Origin: Chitinophaga pinensis
Lineage (GTDB): Bacteria; Bacteroidota; Bacteroidia; Chitinophagales; CAIOSU01
NCBI GenBank assembly: GCA_945901065.1
Contig: CAMDKI010000004.1
Location: 103,247-167,246 of the forward strand
Direction of reading: 5' to 3'
Length of the DNA: 64,000 nucleotides
Shown here: positions 18,524 through 27,563 of the stretch, in pieces
Layout of the letters: each line of letters begins with the position of its first letter
How positions within the stretch are numbered: position 1 is the stretch's first letter
Program-made: the position numbers and the translations under genes
The notes under the pieces: model-generated
Databases searched by the model: none
What the model was told of the DNA's origin: nothing
What the model saw: the letters and a program-made list of their open reading frames with translations, nothing else

Positions 18524-19659
18524 GGTTGATACTGTACTTCTGTTTGTGTTTGATGGGCAGTAGTTTGGCCGCCCAGACTTGGGTGGATACCCTTGACCTA
18601 TACGCCCGAAACGAATATCGCCCTGCCGATAAGTATGCTTGGAACTGGATGAACGCTGCCTTGCTAAGCGTAATGGTGAACCGCTATGACCGTGGTACCG
18701 CTGCCGAAAAGCCCATATACCTAGCTTATGTAAAAGCAGCGATGGATAACTCTTATGGCAAGGCCAATGGCAAAACGCCTAATGCAGTAGCTTCAGGGCT
18801 GGGCATGGCGTTTTTGTATCGGGCAACCAAAGAGGAAAAGTACTTGAACAAGGCTTTGGATATTTATGCCGATTACCTCAAAATAAAGCGCACTCCCAAC
18901 GGAGGGGTGTCGCACTTGAAGCTGTTTTATGAATTGTGGGACGATACCATGTTTATGATAGGTGAGTATTTGATGCAGATGTACTTGGCTACTGGCGATG
19001 AGAAATATCTGGATGAGTTTATGAGCCAGTTCCGCATTCATCGCGAGGAGTTGCGCGATACCACCACCAACCTGTGGGTGCATGGCTGGGATGCCGATAG
19101 CAAAACGCACATTACCTTCTGTAGCCAAAACAAATGGCAAAACCACCCCGACCGCCGCAGCAAAGAGTTTTGGGGCCGAGGTAATGGCTGGATAGTTGTT
19201 ACGCTTAGCGATGCCCTACAGATAGTGCCAAAAGATCATAAATACTGGCCTGAGTTTGCTGGCTACCTTAAAGAAATGATATCGGGGCTGCCTGCTCTGC
19301 AAGACAGCACTACCGGGCATTGGTACCAGTTACCCCTGCGCAAAGGCGAAGAGGGAAACTACCTAGAAAGCTCTTGTACCGCTATGTTTGCCTACGGTAT
19401 ATTGACCGCGCAAAAGCTGGGAATTGTGACTGGTGCGGAGTTTACCCAAGCCGTGGAGAGAGCCTACCAAGGTTTGCCCGAGTACAGCTTGGTGCCCGTA
19501 AGCGGTGGTTACCTCACCACCCAAAATGTATGCAAAGGCACCTGCATTGGCGACAGCCAATACTACTACGCCCGCAAATCGCAGCAGGGCAAACCCTATG
19601 CGGTGGGGATGTTTATGCAGTTTGGGTTGGCGTATGAGCGTGGGCAGGTGTTGAGGTAG
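18520..19659 (+). CDS. glycoside hydrolase family 88/105 protein (unsaturated rhamnogalacturonyl/glucuronyl hydrolase-like)
   Basis: Trimmed to the ATG at 18520, which overlaps the lactonase TGA (ATGA). It has a signal peptide, an (alpha/alpha)6-type pattern WNWMNAALL, LWDDTMFM, LWVHGWD and FWGRGNGW typical of the YteR/UGL families. Confidence 0.8.
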   Translation: MRLILYFCLCLMGSSLAAQTWVDTLDLYARNEYRPADKYAWNWMNAALLSVMVNRYDRGTAAEKPIYLAYVKAAMDNSYGKANGKTPNAVASGLGMAFLYRATKEEKYLNKALDIYADYLKIKRTPNGGVSHLKLFYELWDDTMFMIGEYLMQMYLATGDEKYLDEFMSQFRIHREELRDTTTNLWVHGWDADSKTHITFCSQNKWQNHPDRRSKEFWGRGNGWIVVTLSDALQIVPKDHKYWPEFAGYLKEMISGLPALQDSTTGHWYQLPLRKGEEGNYLESSCTAMFAYGILTAQKLGIVTGAEFTQAVERAYQGLPEYSLVPVSGGYLTTQNVCKGTCIGDSQYYYARKSQQGKPYAVGMFMQFGLAYERGQVLR

Positions 19660-19698
19660 TATTCATGCAACTAAACAAATCTTCCTATCTTTATACAA

Positions 19699-20004
19699 AT
19701 GGACTGTCCACCTAACATACCAGTGTTTCACAGGCGCATCTTTTGGGATGTTGATTTTGATACTTTGGATTATGATAAAAAGGCCAACTTTGTTATTGAG
19801 CGGGTATTTGAGCGGGGCGATGTGCCCGATATACGCAACTGCAGGCGCTACTATGGTGACGAGAAAATCCGTGAAGCTCTTACCAATGCCAAATGGCTCT
19901 CATTGCGCACCATCTACTTATCCTGTGCCGTATTGAGCAATGACCTAACCGACTACCGATGTTACATTACAGCACAATCGAACCCCGAACACTGGAGATA
20001 TTGA
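19699..20004 (+). CDS. small hypothetical protein in the antitoxin position upstream of an AbiEii-like gene
   Basis: 101 aa (…RRIFWDVDFDTLDYDKKANFVIERVFERGDVPDIRNCRRYYGDEKIREAL…). Its 3' end overlaps the next gene by 46 nt. It is not a recognisable AbiEi (too short, and I see no wHTH-plus-C-terminal-domain layout). Confidence 0.5.
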   Translation: MDCPPNIPVFHRRIFWDVDFDTLDYDKKANFVIERVFERGDVPDIRNCRRYYGDEKIREALTNAKWLSLRTIYLSCAVLSNDLTDYRCYITAQSNPEHWRY

Positions 20005-20582
20005 AAAAGTTGATGGCTATACCCGAGCTGGAGAACTTTTACTTGGTTGGAGGCACTGCCCTATCGTTATATTACGGACATCGGCTTTCTATCGATTTGG
20101 ATTTGTTCAGCACTAAAGATTTTCAACCAGAAGAGCTTGCCAAAATATTGGAAACTCGTTTTTCAGGTTTTGCATACACTATATCAGATAAAGTTGGCAT
20201 ATTTGGCTTTATTGAGGATGTGAAGGTTGATTTTGTAAAGCATCATTATTTTGAAACGATTAGCCCAGCATCAGTTTTTGATGGCATAAGGCTGCACAGT
20301 GTAAATGATATTGCTGCAATGAAGATTGCCGCTATTTTAAAACGGGGGGTAAAAAAAGACTTTTGGGACATAGCTGAAATCTTGCAACATATTAGTTTAT
20401 CTACGATTATTGACCTTTATCATCAAAAGTACCCTAGCCAACAACTGCTTATTTCCATTCCTCAAGCGTTAACATACTTTGATGATGCTGAAGAAAGTGC
20501 AATGCCAGTAAGCCTAAAATCGCAAGAGTGGGAAGGTATTAAACAAATAATCAAAGAAAGCGTGAAAGAATACTTGCAATAA
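19959..20582 (+). CDS. nucleotidyltransferase AbiEii/AbiGii toxin family protein
   Basis: 207 aa. FYLVGGTALSLYYGHRLSIDLDLF is the typical N-terminal nucleotidyltransferase motif (GG-x-A + H-R-x-S-x-D-x-D) of the DUF1814/AbiEii family. Confidence 0.75.
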   Translation: MLHYSTIEPRTLEILKKLMAIPELENFYLVGGTALSLYYGHRLSIDLDLFSTKDFQPEELAKILETRFSGFAYTISDKVGIFGFIEDVKVDFVKHHYFETISPASVFDGIRLHSVNDIAAMKIAAILKRGVKKDFWDIAEILQHISLSTIIDLYHQKYPSQQLLISIPQALTYFDDAEESAMPVSLKSQEWEGIKQIIKESVKEYLQ

Positions 20583-20589
20583 ATGGATA

Positions 20590-20688
20590 TACTACTACGC
20601 CCGCAAATCGCAGTAGGGCAAACCCTATGCAGTGGGTATGTTTATGCAGTTTGGGTTGGCGTATGAGCCTGGGCAGGGGTTGAGGTAG
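20590..20688 (+). pseudogene. displaced, decaying copy of the last 99 nt of the GH105 gene
   Basis: 20590..20688 matches 19561..19659 with 5 mismatches in 99 nt. One of them turns codon CAG into TAG (…AAA TCG CAG TAG…), so this copy cannot encode the C-terminus. Confidence 0.85.
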
Positions 20689-20765
20689 AATGTTAACTTA
20701 AATTTTACGACATAAAATTTCGTTAGCTGTTGAATAATGGGTAATTATACCTATTCAAGTATTTA

Positions 20766-21764
20766 ATGTACCAACCTATGCGTGCCGTTCTTCTAAGTAT
20801 TGCTTGCTTGCTGGCTTTAGCTACCCAAGCCCAGAATGATTCCATTACCACTATAGCCTTACTGGGCTGCCACCGGCAAGATTTGCCAGCGCCAACCATA
20901 CCTTATTTGGCCAATACCATTAAGCCTAATTACAGTGTGTGGGTGGGCGATAACGTATATGCCGATACCGAAACCGACCCGCAACACATACAGCGCCAGC
21001 TAGAAGTGCTGCTCAACAAAGAGGGCTTTAAGCAACTGCGGGAAATTTCGAAGTTTATGGTTACCTGGGACGACCACGACTATGGCCTCAACGATGCCGG
21101 TAAAGAATACATCTACAAAGAAGAAAGTAAGCAGATACACCGCAAGTTTTGGCAACTGGAAAACGAGATAAGCACCGACCAAGACGGTATTTATTACGCA
21201 AAACTGGAAAAACAGCCTAATGGCAAGGTAGTGCAGTTTATTATGTTAGACGGCCGATCGAACCGCGAGAATCCGTTGAAACCCTTGAGCGATGCCTTCG
21301 GAGAGAACCAATGGAAGTTTATTGAGGAACAACTCAAGAAGCCTGCCGATGTGCGGTTTATCGTAAACGGATACCAAATGTTGCTGAAACGTCCTACTCG
21401 ATGGGAGGCGCTCATAAAGCTGGGTCGCAGCCGCAAACGCTTATTGAATATTATTAAAGAAACAAACGCCCAAAATACACTCTTCATTACTGGCGACCAA
21501 CATTATGTTGAAGTGCTTAAAAGCCCTTGGAATGTTGGCTATCGCACTTTTGAGATAATGGCTGCTGGTATAAACAATACCGAACGCCCTGGCTTTGCCC
21601 GAAATCGGGTTTCAGGGCCAGATGTTACCGTGCATTCAGCACCGGTTATTGAAGTACACTGGGCTGCCGACCCTTACATCGTTTTCAAAAACTATGATGT
21701 AGAAGCCAAGCGTGTAAACTCGGAGTATAAGTTTATGCTCAGCGATATTAAATGGAGAAAGTAG
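20766..21764 (+). CDS. PhoD-like metallophosphatase (alkaline phosphatase D family), paralog 2
   Basis: Signal peptide (LLSIACLLALATQAQ), then VWVGDNVYADT, VTWDDHDYGLND and FITGDQHY. It is collinear with the 16301..17302 product over the full length. Confidence 0.8.
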   Translation: MYQPMRAVLLSIACLLALATQAQNDSITTIALLGCHRQDLPAPTIPYLANTIKPNYSVWVGDNVYADTETDPQHIQRQLEVLLNKEGFKQLREISKFMVTWDDHDYGLNDAGKEYIYKEESKQIHRKFWQLENEISTDQDGIYYAKLEKQPNGKVVQFIMLDGRSNRENPLKPLSDAFGENQWKFIEEQLKKPADVRFIVNGYQMLLKRPTRWEALIKLGRSRKRLLNIIKETNAQNTLFITGDQHYVEVLKSPWNVGYRTFEIMAAGINNTERPGFARNRVSGPDVTVHSAPVIEVHWAADPYIVFKNYDVEAKRVNSEYKFMLSDIKWRK

Positions 21765-21777
21765 TAAATCTTATCGC

Positions 21778-22245
21778 CTATTTCAAATTCTTCGAATAAA
21801 AGGGCAAAGGCAGCAATTCTTTAATGGAGCCAATAGCATAAACCGTTTCATCACCGCCTTTAAGCAGCACACGTATCGGGTTTTCTTGTCGGCTTTCTTG
21901 CTCCAAAAGAGCTTGGCGGCACATACCGCAAGGGGCAGCGGCTTCGGTGCCAACGCTCACGGCTATTGCATTTACCGTTTTACCTGGATGGTTTATTGCA
22001 AAGTTGGCTAAGGCCGTGCGCTCGGCACAAAGACCTAATGGAAAAGAGGCGTTCTCTTGGTTGCTGCCCTCTACTATGGTGCCATCATTAAGCAACAAGG
22101 CAGCCCCAACGGGGTAGTGGCTGTATGGCGAATGCGAGTGGCGCATGGCTCCTCGGCTGCGTTGCAATAACTCAGCATCGGCAGGCACCAACTCATTGTT
22201 GTGCTCATAAACGGTTATATAGGTGGTGTGTTCTATTTGCTTCAT
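21778..22245 (-). CDS. cdd: cytidine deaminase
   Basis: SHSPYSHYPVGAALLLNDG, CAERTAL and PCGMCRQAL zinc-binding motifs (C-A-E and P-C-x-x-C). Confidence 0.9.
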   Translation of the reverse strand: MKQIEHTTYITVYEHNNELVPADAELLQRSRGAMRHSHSPYSHYPVGAALLLNDGTIVEGSNQENASFPLGLCAERTALANFAINHPGKTVNAIAVSVGTEAAAPCGMCRQALLEQESRQENPIRVLLKGGDETVYAIGSIKELLPLPFYSKNLK

Positions 22246-22368
22246 GGTGGCGAATATTATTTATCGGTTATTAGTTATTGGTGGGTAAGAATCGTCGGTG
22301 TTCAAAAAAATATCCGAACCACAAGCAATCAACCAATAACCAGTAAAACCAATAACCTAAATTAAAAG

Positions 22369-22376
22369 TAGCTTTG
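22369..22376 (+). promoter_or_regulatory. candidate -7 promoter box (TAGCTTTG)
   Basis: Perfect TAnnTTTG match 21 nt upstream of the ATG at 22398. No clear -33 TTG. Confidence 0.35.
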
Positions 22377-22397
22377 TTGCAACTAAGATTAAAGTTA

Positions 22398-23747
22398 ATG
22401 AAAAGCATCTTGATTTTAGGTGGCGGCAAAAGCTGCACCGTATTGATAGAATACTTATCCAGCCATGCCGCTGAAGATGGTTACCATATTGTAATAGCAG
22501 ATGCCGATGCAGATAGCGTGCGCGATAAGGTAGGTATGTTGCCAGCCGTTGCAGTTGTGGAGTTTACTCTTGAGGATACTCTAACGCTGGAAAACTTGGT
22601 TCGCGAAGCGACCATAGTAGTATCGATGCTACCGGCTCATTTACATATACCCGTTGCACACGAATGCCTTAAACAGCGCCGCAACATGGTTACGGCCAGC
22701 TACGTAAGCCCCGAAATGGAGCAACTGCATCAAGCCGCCCAAGAGCGTGGCCTGCTTTTCTTGAATGAAATGGGCGTTGACCCGGGCATAGACCACATGA
22801 GTGCCATGCGTGTAATTGAACGCATTAAATCAGAAGGTGGCATTATGACGGGCTTCGAGAGCTTTACAGGCGGATTGATTGCCCCTGAATGCGAACATGA
22901 CAACCCTTGGCGCTACAAGTTTACTTGGAACCCCAGAAACGTAGTATTGGCAGGTCAAGGCACAGCCAAGTTTGTACAAATGGGCAAATACAAATACATC
23001 CCTTACCATCGTTTATTCCGTCGTACCGAGATTATCAATATACCCGGTTGGGGCACTTTTGAGGGCTACGGCAACCGCGATAGTTTAAAGTACCGAAGCA
23101 GCTACGGCCTGCAAGATATACCTACCATGTACCGCGGCACGCTGCGTAGGCCGGGATTTTGCCGCACGTGGGATGCATTTGTACTGCTGGGTGCTACCGA
23201 CGATAGCTATATTATGGAAGGCTCTGAAAACATGACCAAACGCGACTTCATCAACTCGTTCATGTCCTATAACCTGCACGATAGTGTGGAGCTGAAACTG
23301 GCGCACTACTTAAACCTTGATTTGGATAGCGAGGAAATGTACAAGCTTAAGTGGCTGGGCATATTCGATAACGTGCCCGTAGGCCTCAAAAAGCCGAGCA
23401 CCCCGGCCCAAATGCTTCAAAAAATATTGGAGGATAAATGGAGCCTGCAACCCGACGATAAGGATATGCTGGTAATGTGGCACCGGTTTAACTTTACCCT
23501 CCGTGGCGAGCAAAAGGAAATACATGCCAGCATGGTTTCTATTGGCCAAGATGCCTTGCATACTGCTATGGCCAAAACAGTAGGCTTGCCCGTGGCCATC
23601 GCCGTGCGCAAGATACTAAAAGGCGAAATTGCCCTCACGGGCGTGCATATTCCCACCCTGGCCGCCATATATAATCCCGTGCTCGATGAATTGGAAACCC
23701 AGGGCATCGTGTTTGAGGAAAGGGAAGTGGAGCCTAGCTTTTATTGA
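22398..23747 (+). CDS. saccharopine dehydrogenase family protein
   Basis: Trimmed to the ATG at 22398 (MKSILILGGGKSC…). TASYVSPEM, FLNEMGVDPGIDHMSAM and NPWRYKFTWNPRNVV are typical of the Sacchrp_dh N- and C-terminal domains. Confidence 0.85.
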   Translation: MKSILILGGGKSCTVLIEYLSSHAAEDGYHIVIADADADSVRDKVGMLPAVAVVEFTLEDTLTLENLVREATIVVSMLPAHLHIPVAHECLKQRRNMVTASYVSPEMEQLHQAAQERGLLFLNEMGVDPGIDHMSAMRVIERIKSEGGIMTGFESFTGGLIAPECEHDNPWRYKFTWNPRNVVLAGQGTAKFVQMGKYKYIPYHRLFRRTEIINIPGWGTFEGYGNRDSLKYRSSYGLQDIPTMYRGTLRRPGFCRTWDAFVLLGATDDSYIMEGSENMTKRDFINSFMSYNLHDSVELKLAHYLNLDLDSEEMYKLKWLGIFDNVPVGLKKPSTPAQMLQKILEDKWSLQPDDKDMLVMWHRFNFTLRGEQKEIHASMVSIGQDALHTAMAKTVGLPVAIAVRKILKGEIALTGVHIPTLAAIYNPVLDELETQGIVFEEREVEPSFY

Positions 23748-23771
23748 GGGTTTATTATTAGTTGATTTGTT

Positions 23772-23796
23772 ATTAACTTGCCTCGCCTTGGGCGAA
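23772..23796 (-). repeat. inverted copy of the CTCGCC-CAA-GGCGAG / GCAAGCTAAT element
   Basis: The reverse complement of 23772..23806 reads CCAATCAACC TTCGCCCAAGGCGAGGCAAGTTAAT. The core differs at 1-2 positions from the groES-upstream unit. Confidence 0.75.
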
Positions 23797-23906
23797 GGTT
23801 GATTGGAAAGGCCAAAGGCCATTTTAAGCTCCTCCCCATTTTAGGGGGAGGTTGGGAGGGGGTAATGGTCGGGCGCTACATTTGCCTTTCTATTATTACC
23901 CTTGCC

Positions 23907-23955
23907 GCGATGGATTTTTAATCCGTCGCAATTGAGCAGCGGATTTGCAATCCGC
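23907..23955. repeat. pair of GGATT-N-AATCC hairpins
   Basis: GCGATGGATTTTTAATCCGTCGC (23907..23929) and GCGGATTTGCAATCCGC (23939..23955), separated by AATTGAGCA. The layout matches the pairs at 30441-30489, 42205-42252 and 45738-45783. Confidence 0.8.
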
Positions 23956-24051
23956 ACGCAATAAGGTTGCACAACATTTTTTTTTCAAAACTTCCCACTC
24001 CACTTTATGGAATAACCCCACCTACCGCATCTCATAGAAAAACACAGAACT

Positions 24052-25632
24052 ATGAGACGTTTCCTAACCCTTTTTGCCCTCTTGCTTTTTATTGCTTCCG
24101 CAACCTTTGCTAAAAGCGCAACTACCAAAGTTGATGCCGTAACCGTTTATCGCCAAAATGCCCGCATTATGCAAAGCGGCTATGTGGATATACCCGTGGG
24201 CACTACCGAAATTGTGATTGACAACCTGAGCGCGGCTATAATTTTGCCTAGTGTGCAGGTAGAACTGAGCGGCGGCGCAACTATCTTGTCCGTTACCAGC
24301 CGCGTTAATTACACCAAACCCATACTCGACCCTAAGCCGTTGCTTAAAATGAACGATACCATTGCTTCGTTTAACGAAAAATTGGAGTGGATTGAAAACC
24401 AACGGCAAGTATATACTGCCGAGGAGGGACTGATAAACGAAAAACAGAAAATGGTGGGCACCATTACGGGGCTTACGGTGGAGGAGTTGCAGAAACTATC
24501 GGACTTATACCGCAACCGTTTAATGGAGATAAGGGAAAAACTGTTCGACCTGAGAAAACAAACCAAAGACCTGACCGATAAGCGCGCCGAAGTGCAGACC
24601 CGCATAAATGAATACAGCAACCCAAGCTTTAAACCAACGGGCGAGATAGTGCTAATGGTTACGGCCAAAGTAGCTACCCGCAGCAAAGTGAGCTGCAACT
24701 ACTTGGTAAACCAAGCCGGCTGGACACCCATTTATGACCTACGCTCCAGTGGCTTTGAGAAGCCACTAACCTTAAACACTTACGGACAAGTGTACCAAAG
24801 TACTGGCTTGGATTGGAAGGACGTAAAACTAACCGTAAGCACCGGCAACCCGAGCCAAAATAATAGCCGCCCTATACTTGTACCGCTATATGTAGACTTC
24901 TACTCACCAATGGTGCATAATTATGTAAATGATGCTTCGGTGGTGAATAGTGCGCTTTATAGAAATAAGGAGAGTTTAAGCATCGACGACGAAGTGAAAT
25001 ACACCGTAACGGAAGTAGAAACCCAGCTGACGGTTGAGTACGACATCGACCTTGACCAAACCATACCGAGCGATGGTAAAACCTACCAAGTGCCGCTTAA
25101 GGAATACGAGATACCTGCCACCTATGTGCACCACACCGTGCCAAGCATGGATAAAGGGGCCTTCTTGCTGGCTAAAGTGCCAAACTGGGGCCAGTACAAT
25201 ATTATCTCGGGCGTAATGAACTTGTTTTTTGATGGGCGTTACATTGGTCAATCGAACATTAACACACAAGTTACCGCCGATACGTTGCTGCTATCGTTGG
25301 GCAGGGACGAGAGAGTAACCGTGCAGCGCAACCCAATAGTGGACAAAGAATCGCATAGTTTCTTGGGTGGCACGCGCAAAGAAAAACGCACCTACGAGAT
25401 AAGTGTGCGCAACAACAAGAGCAAAGCCATAACGCTCGAAATTTTGGACCACATACCAGTATCGAAACAACAAGACATTAAAGTGCTGTTGCTCGATCAA
25501 GGTGGCGCCGAATACACAGAAGCGATAGGGAAGCTGTTATGGACCATCCAATTGAATCCGGGTGAAACTAAAAAAGTGAGCTTTAGTTTTGAGGTAAGTT
25601 TCCCGAAAGACAAACCGGTGTCTGGCTTTTAA
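24052..25632 (+). CDS. DUF4139/DUF4140-type (MuiA-like) exported protein
   Basis: 526 aa with a signal peptide. The N-terminal V-x-VYR-x-x-A-x-I…V-x-I-x-NL…PSVQV pattern is followed by a central coiled coil (KLSDLYRNRLMEIREKLFDLRKQTKDLTDKRAEVQ) and a long beta-rich C-terminal half. This is the usual layout of that family. Confidence 0.65.
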   Translation: MRRFLTLFALLLFIASATFAKSATTKVDAVTVYRQNARIMQSGYVDIPVGTTEIVIDNLSAAIILPSVQVELSGGATILSVTSRVNYTKPILDPKPLLKMNDTIASFNEKLEWIENQRQVYTAEEGLINEKQKMVGTITGLTVEELQKLSDLYRNRLMEIREKLFDLRKQTKDLTDKRAEVQTRINEYSNPSFKPTGEIVLMVTAKVATRSKVSCNYLVNQAGWTPIYDLRSSGFEKPLTLNTYGQVYQSTGLDWKDVKLTVSTGNPSQNNSRPILVPLYVDFYSPMVHNYVNDASVVNSALYRNKESLSIDDEVKYTVTEVETQLTVEYDIDLDQTIPSDGKTYQVPLKEYEIPATYVHHTVPSMDKGAFLLAKVPNWGQYNIISGVMNLFFDGRYIGQSNINTQVTADTLLLSLGRDERVTVQRNPIVDKESHSFLGGTRKEKRTYEISVRNNKSKAITLEILDHIPVSKQQDIKVLLLDQGGAEYTEAIGKLLWTIQLNPGETKKVSFSFEVSFPKDKPVSGF

Positions 25633-25658
25633 CCATCGTAAAACCGATTGTTAACGTT

Positions 25659-25688
25659 AAGGGCGGGCAGCGATGCTCGCCCTTTTTT
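25659..25688 (+). terminator. intrinsic terminator
   Basis: AAGGGCGGGCAGCGATGCTCGCCCTTTTTT: a GC stem (GGGCG.GC / GC.CGCCC) followed by a T6 run, 27 nt after the stop at 25632. Confidence 0.65.
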
Positions 25689-25861
25689 ATGTTGGTATGC
25701 GGCTGGGTCACATATTGTGCGCATTGAAAAAAAATACAAAATGCAATCGCTACATTATCAGACTGGTATAATCTAAATGGAAAGTTTAGGGATAGAATTT
25801 GCTAAAATAATTTGCAATATTTTAAATCGGTTTTTAACTTGTGTATACAAAAACTACCGAT

Positions 25862-26446
25862 ATGGATTTTATCCCACAACCAACCTTTTTAGCTGCCCTT
25901 AAAGAAGTTTTGAAAACCGATGTAGCGGCCATTGCCCTTAATGTTGAGGACTTGTTTTACCTAGCCAACGACCTTTGCCCCCAAGCCCAACGCATACGCT
26001 ATGGCGCTTACCTAAGGTTTATTGATTCGTTAGATAAATACGGCGAACCAACGGTGCCACACGAGCAAGCTGATTTGTTGCTGGCTATACGCGATAGCAT
26101 TAAAGCCGAACAGGGTAAGCAGCGCATGGTTATGCTCAAAAGCATTATGCTCGGAGAGAAAGATTGGAGGCGTTTTGTGTGGCTGTTGCAATGGCAAGAA
26201 AAGCAGGAGCGCCAAAAAAACGCGGAAGCCAAGCAACAGGCCAAAGAGCAAAGGGAACGCGATGCGGCTGCTGAAACAGTAGCCAAGTTAGCCACCCCAG
26301 CGGAAGCAGAATCAGCTAAAGCTGCTTCAGCCGACATTGTACTGCCGCAAGCTATCACAAACCAGCAAACTAATGAGGTTGAGCAGCAGCAGTCAATCAG
26401 CGCTATGTACTACGCTACTAAGCAACCACTTGCCAAAGCAGGATGA
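25862..26446 (+). CDS. hypothetical protein with charged, low-complexity C-terminal half
   Basis: Track ORF 25841 (GTG)..26446; the first ATG is at 25862. It contains GEKDWRRFVWLLQWQEK followed by a QQAKEQRERDAAAE-rich tail. No family assigned. Confidence 0.5.
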   Translation: MDFIPQPTFLAALKEVLKTDVAAIALNVEDLFYLANDLCPQAQRIRYGAYLRFIDSLDKYGEPTVPHEQADLLLAIRDSIKAEQGKQRMVMLKSIMLGEKDWRRFVWLLQWQEKQERQKNAEAKQQAKEQRERDAAAETVAKLATPAEAESAKAASADIVLPQAITNQQTNEVEQQQSISAMYYATKQPLAKAG

Positions 26447-26506
26447 TGTGCCTATTTGATAATGTGCTGATGTGCTGATGTACCGATTTACCGATGAACT
26501 GATGTG
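26443..26506. repeat. eight in-phase degenerate octamers (CTGATGTG type)
   Basis: ATGATGTG CCTATTTG ATAATGTG CTGATGTG CTGATGTA CCGATTTA CCGATGAA CTGATGTG. The array begins on the TGA stop codon (26444..26446). Confidence 0.8.
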
Positions 26507-26717
26507 AGGCATTAGCGAAGGTCACTATTATCTTTTGGTAACTTTTTTCTAACGGTGCAGAGCTGGTAAGTTTTAATACACGGAAGAGGAAATTCAGGGT
26601 AAGGGTGAAATGCTAGTGTATAACTTCTGCTTATTGGTGCGTTAAGGCTGAAGCATATCCATCAAGAATAACGGGCATTAAACTAAAAAATATTACCTTT
26701 AGTAAATAAATGCTTAT

Positions 26718-27563
26718 ATGCTTACCAAACTATACGCTAGCTGCCTTGGTGCTTTGGTTTTATTGCTATTATTAGGTGCTACCACGTTTAAAATGTCTGT
26801 TAACGACCGCGAGAAAGATAACCTTCGCGGACCAGTGAAGACTGTTACGGAAAAAGAATACCGGCCTGTATTAGTAAACGGAAAAATTGAAAAAGGCAAC
26901 CTGTTATTCACTAATATTTCTAGTTATACTGTCGACGGCCGCTTGATTAAGAAGAGTTTTCAATCGCAGGATGGCGAGCTAATTCAATTGGATACCTTTA
27001 TTTACAATAACCAAAAACAGCTTATTAGGTCTGACCATACCAGCTCTCTTAAGCAACATAAGTGGATAACTTATAGATACGTTGAGGATAGCCTGTTGGT
27101 TCGTAGTACCCATGAATACGCCAATGGCAGAAAAATGGACAAAATTCAACTTTTCAATGCAGAAGGCTATCTAGTAGCATTTTATGAAGTGCATCCTTGG
27201 AAACCCGATGCCAAATCAAATAAGGAATATTACCGGTACGATAGCCATGGCCGAAAAACGGAAACCCATATCGATTATTTCGATAAAGGCACCATCAAGA
27301 TATTCTATGAATATGATGCCAATGGAAATTTAACGGATGAACGTGAATTTTTTAGTGATAGCGGTCCTGGGCGTTTCAGGAAAAGTGAGTATAATGAACA
27401 CAACCATGTAGTAAAACATGTAGTAACACAGGACGGTAATATTTTAACCACCGAAATTACCTCTTACGGCACATATGATGCCAAGGGTAACTACTTGCAA
27501 TACAGCATGTTTGTTGACGGCATGCCCTATACCATTCGGGACCGAGTAATTAGTTATTATTAG
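26718..27563 (+). CDS. hypothetical exported protein with YD/RHS-like short repeats
   Basis: 281 aa with an N-terminal hydrophobic signal. It has an LRGPVKTVTEKEY motif and repeated Y-x-YD-x-x-G-x-x pattern (YYRYDSHGRKTE, FYEYDANGNLTDE). Confidence 0.55.
   Translation: MLTKLYASCLGALVLLLLLGATTFKMSVNDREKDNLRGPVKTVTEKEYRPVLVNGKIEKGNLLFTNISSYTVDGRLIKKSFQSQDGELIQLDTFIYNNQKQLIRSDHTSSLKQHKWITYRYVEDSLLVRSTHEYANGRKMDKIQLFNAEGYLVAFYEVHPWKPDAKSNKEYYRYDSHGRKTETHIDYFDKGTIKIFYEYDANGNLTDEREFFSDSGPGRFRKSEYNEHNHVVKHVVTQDGNILTTEITSYGTYDAKGNYLQYSMFVDGMPYTIRDRVISYY

Noticed and set aside
22265-22357. Possible inverted heptamer arrays (CGGTTAT TAGTTAT TGGTGGG versus AACCAAT AACCAGT AAAACCA ATAACC) upstream of cdd.
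   Set aside because: Only 3-4 weakly similar units per side and poor complementarity. They are compatible with the heptamer phenomenon but too weak to list as a feature.
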